From: Octopus bimaculoides
Taxonomy: Eukaryota
Reading direction: 5' to 3'
Length of the DNA stretch: 38,263 bases
Assembly: GCF_001194135.2 (NCBI RefSeq)
Contig: NC_069008.1
Location: 17,744,054-17,782,316 of the forward strand
Part shown: in pieces, positions 33,765-38,263 of the stretch
Layout of the letters: each line of letters starts with the position of its first letter
Position numbering within the stretch: position 1 is the first letter of the stretch
The notes under the pieces: model-generated
What the model was told of the DNA's origin: nothing
The model's database searches: none
What the model saw: only the letters and a program-made list of their open reading frames with translations
Position numbers and translations under genes: made by a program

Positions 33765-34663
33765 TTCTATCTTTTACGTGTTTCAGTCATTTGCCTGTGG
33801 CCATGCTGGGGCACCACCTTCGAGGGTTTTAGTCAAAGAAATCAACCCTGGTACTTGTTTTTTTTCTTCTCTTTACATTTGTTTCAGTGATTTGACTGTG
33901 GCCATGCTGGAGCAATGCCTTCAGTCGAACAAATCGACCCCAGGACTTATTCCTTGTTGAGCCTAGCACTTATTCTATCAGTCACTTTTGCCAAACCGCT
34001 TAGTTACGGGGAAGTAAACACAACAACATCGGTTGTCAAGTAGTGGGGGAGGACAAACATACACACACGATGGGCTTCTTTCAGTTTCCATCTCCCAAAC
34101 CCACTCCCAAAGCTTTGGTCAGGCCGAGGTTATAGTAGAAGACACTTGCCCAAGGTGCCACGCAGTGGGACTGAACCTGGAACCATGTGGTTGGTAAGCA
34201 AGCTTCTCACCACACACACATATGTTCTTTTACTTGTTTCAGTCATTTGCCTGTGGCCTTGCTGGAGCCCCACCTTTAGTCAAACAAATCAACTCCAGGA
34301 CTTATTCTTTGTAAGCCTAGTACTCACTCTATCAGTCTCTTTTGCCAACCGCTAAGTTACAGGGATGTAAACACAGCAACATTGGCTGTCAAGCAATGGT
34401 GGGGGGACAAGCACAGAAACACACACAAATATATACACATATATATACAACAGGCTTCATTCAGTCTCCATCTACAAAATCCACTAGTGTTTAACAGCCA
34501 TTGTTGCTGTGTTTAATTCCTCGTAACTTAGCACTTTAGCAAAAAGACACTGATAGAATAAATATCAGGCCTGAAGGGGGTTGATTTGTTTAACTAAAAT
34601 CCTTCAAGGGGGTGCCCCAGCATGGCCACAGTCTAACGACTGAAACAAGTAAAAGAGTAAAAG
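33765..34663. mobile_element. Cluster of four SINE family A copies: minus 33765-33858, minus 33868-34215 (near full length), minus 34224-34487, plus 34503-34663
   Basis: Each aligns to 2284-2691; the last two are inverted with respect to each other. Confidence 0.88.
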
Positions 34664-34744
34664 TGGAAACCATCCAACAAATACATTAAATTTGAAAAAA
34701 AAGAATTTAAGGTGTGAGGCCCACAGAAAAACTCAATGGTTTGC

Positions 34745-34930
34745 ACGTGGGCTGCAACCCACCTGTCGCCAATCCCTGCTCTAATTGTTCACCTTCTCAA
34801 CAGACTAAATTTACCTGAAACCACAACACTACTGACCAAGGAAGATCTCTCTCTGTTTGTTCACGTTATTCATTTCAATATATACAGAATTAGCCAGGGG
34901 TTGGCCACAAGGGGTGTCGCAGCCCGCAAG
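34745..34930. mobile_element. Two outward-facing hAT-like MITE termini (degenerate)
   Basis: The reverse complement of ...tgtcgccaatccctg (ends 34778) resembles caggggttggccac... (starts 34895); CAGGGGT termini are typical of hAT/Charlie MITEs. Confidence 0.3.
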
Positions 34931-36171
34931 TGTGCCATGGAGGTGGTTGCTCTCCGCAAGCCTCAAACCTTTTAAAATGATTTAAAAAAAAAAAATTCAA
35001 TGTATTTGTGGGGTGTTGGGTGGCTGGCGGGTGGATTTTAGATAGCGTTTTCTGTCAGGGCTGAATTTTTGCACAGGTAGGTTTATGTCATATACATGCA
35101 GGAGGTTATAACCCCAGATACTTAGTAACAGCTTGTTGAGCACTTAAATGAAAAAAGATTATTTTGTGATGCTCATGTATATCTAGTTACATCCTTGTNN
35201 NNNNNNNNNNNNNNNNNNNNNNNNNNNNNNNNNNNNNNNNNNNNNNNNNNNNNNNNNNNNNNNNNNNNNNNNNNNNNNNNNNNNNNNNNNNNNNNNNNNN
35301 NNNNNNNNNNNNNNNNNNNNNNNNNNNNNNNNNNNNNNNNNNNNNNNNNNNNNNNNNNNNNNNNNNNNNNNNNNNNNNNNNNNNNNNNNNNNNNNNNNNN
35401 NNNNNNNNNNNNNNNNNNNNNNNNNNNNNNNNNNNNNNNNNNNNNNNNNNNNNNNNNNNNNNNNNNNNNNNNNNNNNNNNNNNNNNNNNNNNNNNNNNNN
35501 NNNNNNNNNNNNNNNNNNNNNNNNNNNNNNNNNNNNNNNNNNNNNNNNNNNNNNNNNNNNNNNNNNNNNNNNNNNNNNNNNNNNNNNNNNNNNNNNNNNN
35601 NNNNNNNNNNNNNNNNNNNNNNNNNNNNNNNNNNNNNNNNNNNNNNNNNNNNNNNNNNNNNNNNNNNNNNNNNNNNNNNNNNNNNNNNNNNNNNNNNNNN
35701 NNNNNNNNNNNNNNNNNNNNNNNNNNNNNNNNNNNNNNNNNNNNNNNNNNNNNNNNNNNNNNNNNNNNNNNNNNNNNNNNNNNNNNATATATATATATAT
35801 ATATATATATATAATGAGACACATAAAGCCAGGGTAGTCACGACTGGAATGTCCTTTGATCCTGAGTGGACCTGATGAGGTCTGATCAAGGGTTAAACAA
35901 CATCAACCACAAAGAGCCCTTACATTCACTTTCCTCTGTCTCTCCTCCCACCATCACCCCAGCTGGTCTCATCCCTTTCACCTTCCTCTTCTCTCTTTCC
36001 TTCCACCCCAGATCCATACCACACCCTTATACTGCCCACCCCCACCCTGAATCCATTTGCTTTTTTTTCTCTTTCTTTCTTTCCTAAGGTAATAAATATT
36101 AATATATTGCTAAATCGAGACAGGGTGGGTCTGATATCGGACAGATGGACGGACAGACAGGGACACGCCGT

Positions 36172-36204
<33 letters not shown>

Positions 36205-37134
36205 TGAACACACACACTCACGCTGATAGAGGGATGGCCAGATGGACAGGGAGATGCCAGAGAGAGAGGTGAGGAGAGAGAAAGAGAGTAGGGTGGACAA
36301 ACAAATAGGGACATGCCCTCCATACACACACACACACACACACACACATGGATAGACTGACAGACAGGGACATGCAACAGACACACACAGAGACAGATGG
36401 ATGGACGAACTGATAGATATACGCTACAGAGAGAGAGACAGACAGACAGATGGACAGACGGACAGACAGACAGATGGACAGACGGACAGACAGACAGATG
36501 GACAGACGGACAGACAGGGACATGTTACACACACATGGATGGACGAACTGACACATACACTACAGAGAGAGAGAGANNNNNNNNNNNNNNNNNNNNNNNN
36601 NNNNNNNNNNNNNNNNNNNNNNNNNNNNNNNNNNNNNNNNNNNNNNNNNNNNNNNNNNNNNNNNNNNNNNNNNNNNNNNNNNNNNNNNNNNNNNNNNNNN
36701 NNNNNNNNNNNNAGACAGACAGAGAGAAAGACAAAGACAGACAGATGTATGGACAGGCAGACAGACAGGGACACACTACACACACACACACACACAGAAG
36801 GGTGGCTGGGTGGACGGACAGAATGTCTGCATGGCTGCAACGCAAACAAGGAACCTGATAATCAATTATATTTGACATCACCACCACCACCTCCTCCACC
36901 ACCACCACCATTGCCAAAGAAGCAAAGCAACAACTGCGGATGTCGATGACCATTAACCTCTCCCCCTACTCCTCCACTCATACCCTCCCTCCTGAAATTA
37001 CATCACCAACACCCTCAGCAGCAGCACCTGCAGCAACAGGAAGTAATTGTTGAGAGTGAGCCGAGAAAACCAATACTGTAATGACATCATCAACAACAAC
37101 AACAACAACAAACAGAGTTGAGGTAGATATCTGT

Positions 37135-37255
37135 TAGGTAGAAATAGCAGCCAAATCTCCCTCAAATCACACCCTACTCTCTTTTCTATGTATATATGTA
37201 TGTATGAGCCAATGAGGGAGGCCTCTACATGGTAGCTAGATCTGGTAGATATAGC
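37135..37255 (-). repeat. Family E unit spanning the same unit-to-unit junction as the 12510 array
   Basis: The reverse complement is nearly identical to about 12630-12745. Confidence 0.88.
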
Positions 37256-37289
37256 ACATGCATGCACACACACACACACACACACACAC

Positions 37290-37420
37290 ACACCATCATC
37301 ATTTAATATCCACTTTTCCATGCTTGCATGGGTTTGACAGTTTATTTGAAGCAAATTTTCAGTGGCTGGATGCCCTTCCTGTCACTAATCCTCACCTGTT
37401 TCCAAGCAAGGTGATATGTC
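37290..37420 (-). mobile_element. Diverged RTE 3' end
   Basis: catcatcatttaatatccacttttccatgcttgcatggg...ggctggatgcccttcctg. Confidence 0.75.
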
Positions 37421-37544
37421 CCCTTGACCAAACATGGTCTCATAGAATTTTAGAAATGACTGACACTTCTCGTTCAACAGCGACACTTGTTCACAACTAT
37501 CACAAAATGTCCAAGACAAAGAGAGAGACACACAGACACACAAT

Positions 37545-37710
37545 GGGTTACCAATTTGCATTCACTAAATCCACCCGTACACGATGGTCTTCTATCAAAT
37601 TCACTCACAGTCCAGAGCTGTAAATGAAGGCAGTTCTTGATGAAGTTGCCATGCTGTGGGACTGAACACAAAACATTGTAATTGCAAAATAAGCTTCTTA
37701 ACCACACATC
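37545..37710 (-). mobile_element. Highly diverged SINE family A 5' half
   Basis: gtgggactgaac...aagcttcttaaccacac. Confidence 0.6.
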
Positions 37711-38104
37711 TGTACTTGCTTTAATTTAATTATTCAAATTAATTCTGTAGGAAGAGTTTTTTCTGTTTGCTTAAGGATTTTTTTTTTTGTTAAACAAACT
37801 AAAACCGTTTTTATAACAAGTAGAAAAACAAGATATAATTGGATAAAATAAAATGAAAACAAATTTTTTTGACAGATTTTTTGGAAAGATTGGGGGGGAA
37901 AAAATTTTAAATTTCAAGAAATATTTTAAAGAGGGTTTTTTGTTTGTTTGTTTCGGGAAACTTTTTTCAAGGTTTTTAAATTAGATGAAAGATAAAAAAA
38001 AAAAAGAAATATTTAGAACATAAATAGGATTTAAAATGTTTGAAATAAAACAAATTAGAAAAATAAATATTATGTGTTTTCTTTTGAACTTCTGTAATCA
38101 GGGA

Positions 38105-38263
38105 ATATGAGAGAGAGAGACAGAAAGAGAGAGATGGAGAGAGAGAGAGATGGAGAGAGAGAGAGATGGAGAGAGGGAGAGATGGAGAGAGAGAGAGATG
38201 GAGAGAGAGAGAGATGGAGAGAGAGAGAGAGGGAGAGAGAGAGATGGAGAGAGAGAGATGGGG
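38105..38263. repeat. (GA)n/GATG compound repeat (GACA/GATG repeats also at 36170-36780)
   Basis: Direct inspection. Confidence 0.9.

Noticed and set aside
35059-35076. Possible 18-nt plus-strand microexon
   Set aside because: Short pyrimidine tract and no supporting neighbours; such matches are expected by chance.
36055-36095. Plus-strand pyrimidine tract followed by AAG|GTAATA (ratchet-like)
   Set aside because: The tract is a CTTT microsatellite and the acceptor is the uncommon AAG; much weaker than the 28022 site. The CAG|GTAAAT at 34815 (minus) likewise lacks a proper tract.

Overview
Eukaryotic, repeat-saturated, mostly non-coding DNA, very probably from an octopus (inferred from the SINE and RTE repeat complement, not from a search). 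It has 13 N-gaps totalling about 4 kb and dense (TA)n, (CA)n, (GA)n and CAT/CAC/GGT microsatellites. Almost all ORFs in the supplied track are artefacts of these repeats and the gaps. There is no complete gene, rRNA, tRNA gene or CRISPR array. The window contains at least three tRNA-derived SINE families, 5'-truncated 3' remnants of RTE-, CR1- and R4/NeSL-like LINEs, mariner- and piggyBac-type MITEs, a 28/29-bp VNTR and a dispersed ~105-bp tandem unit. The most interesting signals are splice-related, on the minus strand. At 28023/28022 a branch point, polypyrimidine tract and CAG run directly into GTGAGT, which is ratchet-point (recursive splicing) architecture, and a second donor lies 68 nt downstream. 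That 68-nt segment, a 26-nt microexon (9200-9175) and a 222-nt exon (6163-5942) join in one open frame ending in a hydrophobic, signal/anchor-like stretch. On the plus strand a candidate terminal exon or microprotein with a clear transmembrane helix lies at 28368-28595. All exon calls are sequence-only inferences and need RNA-seq.
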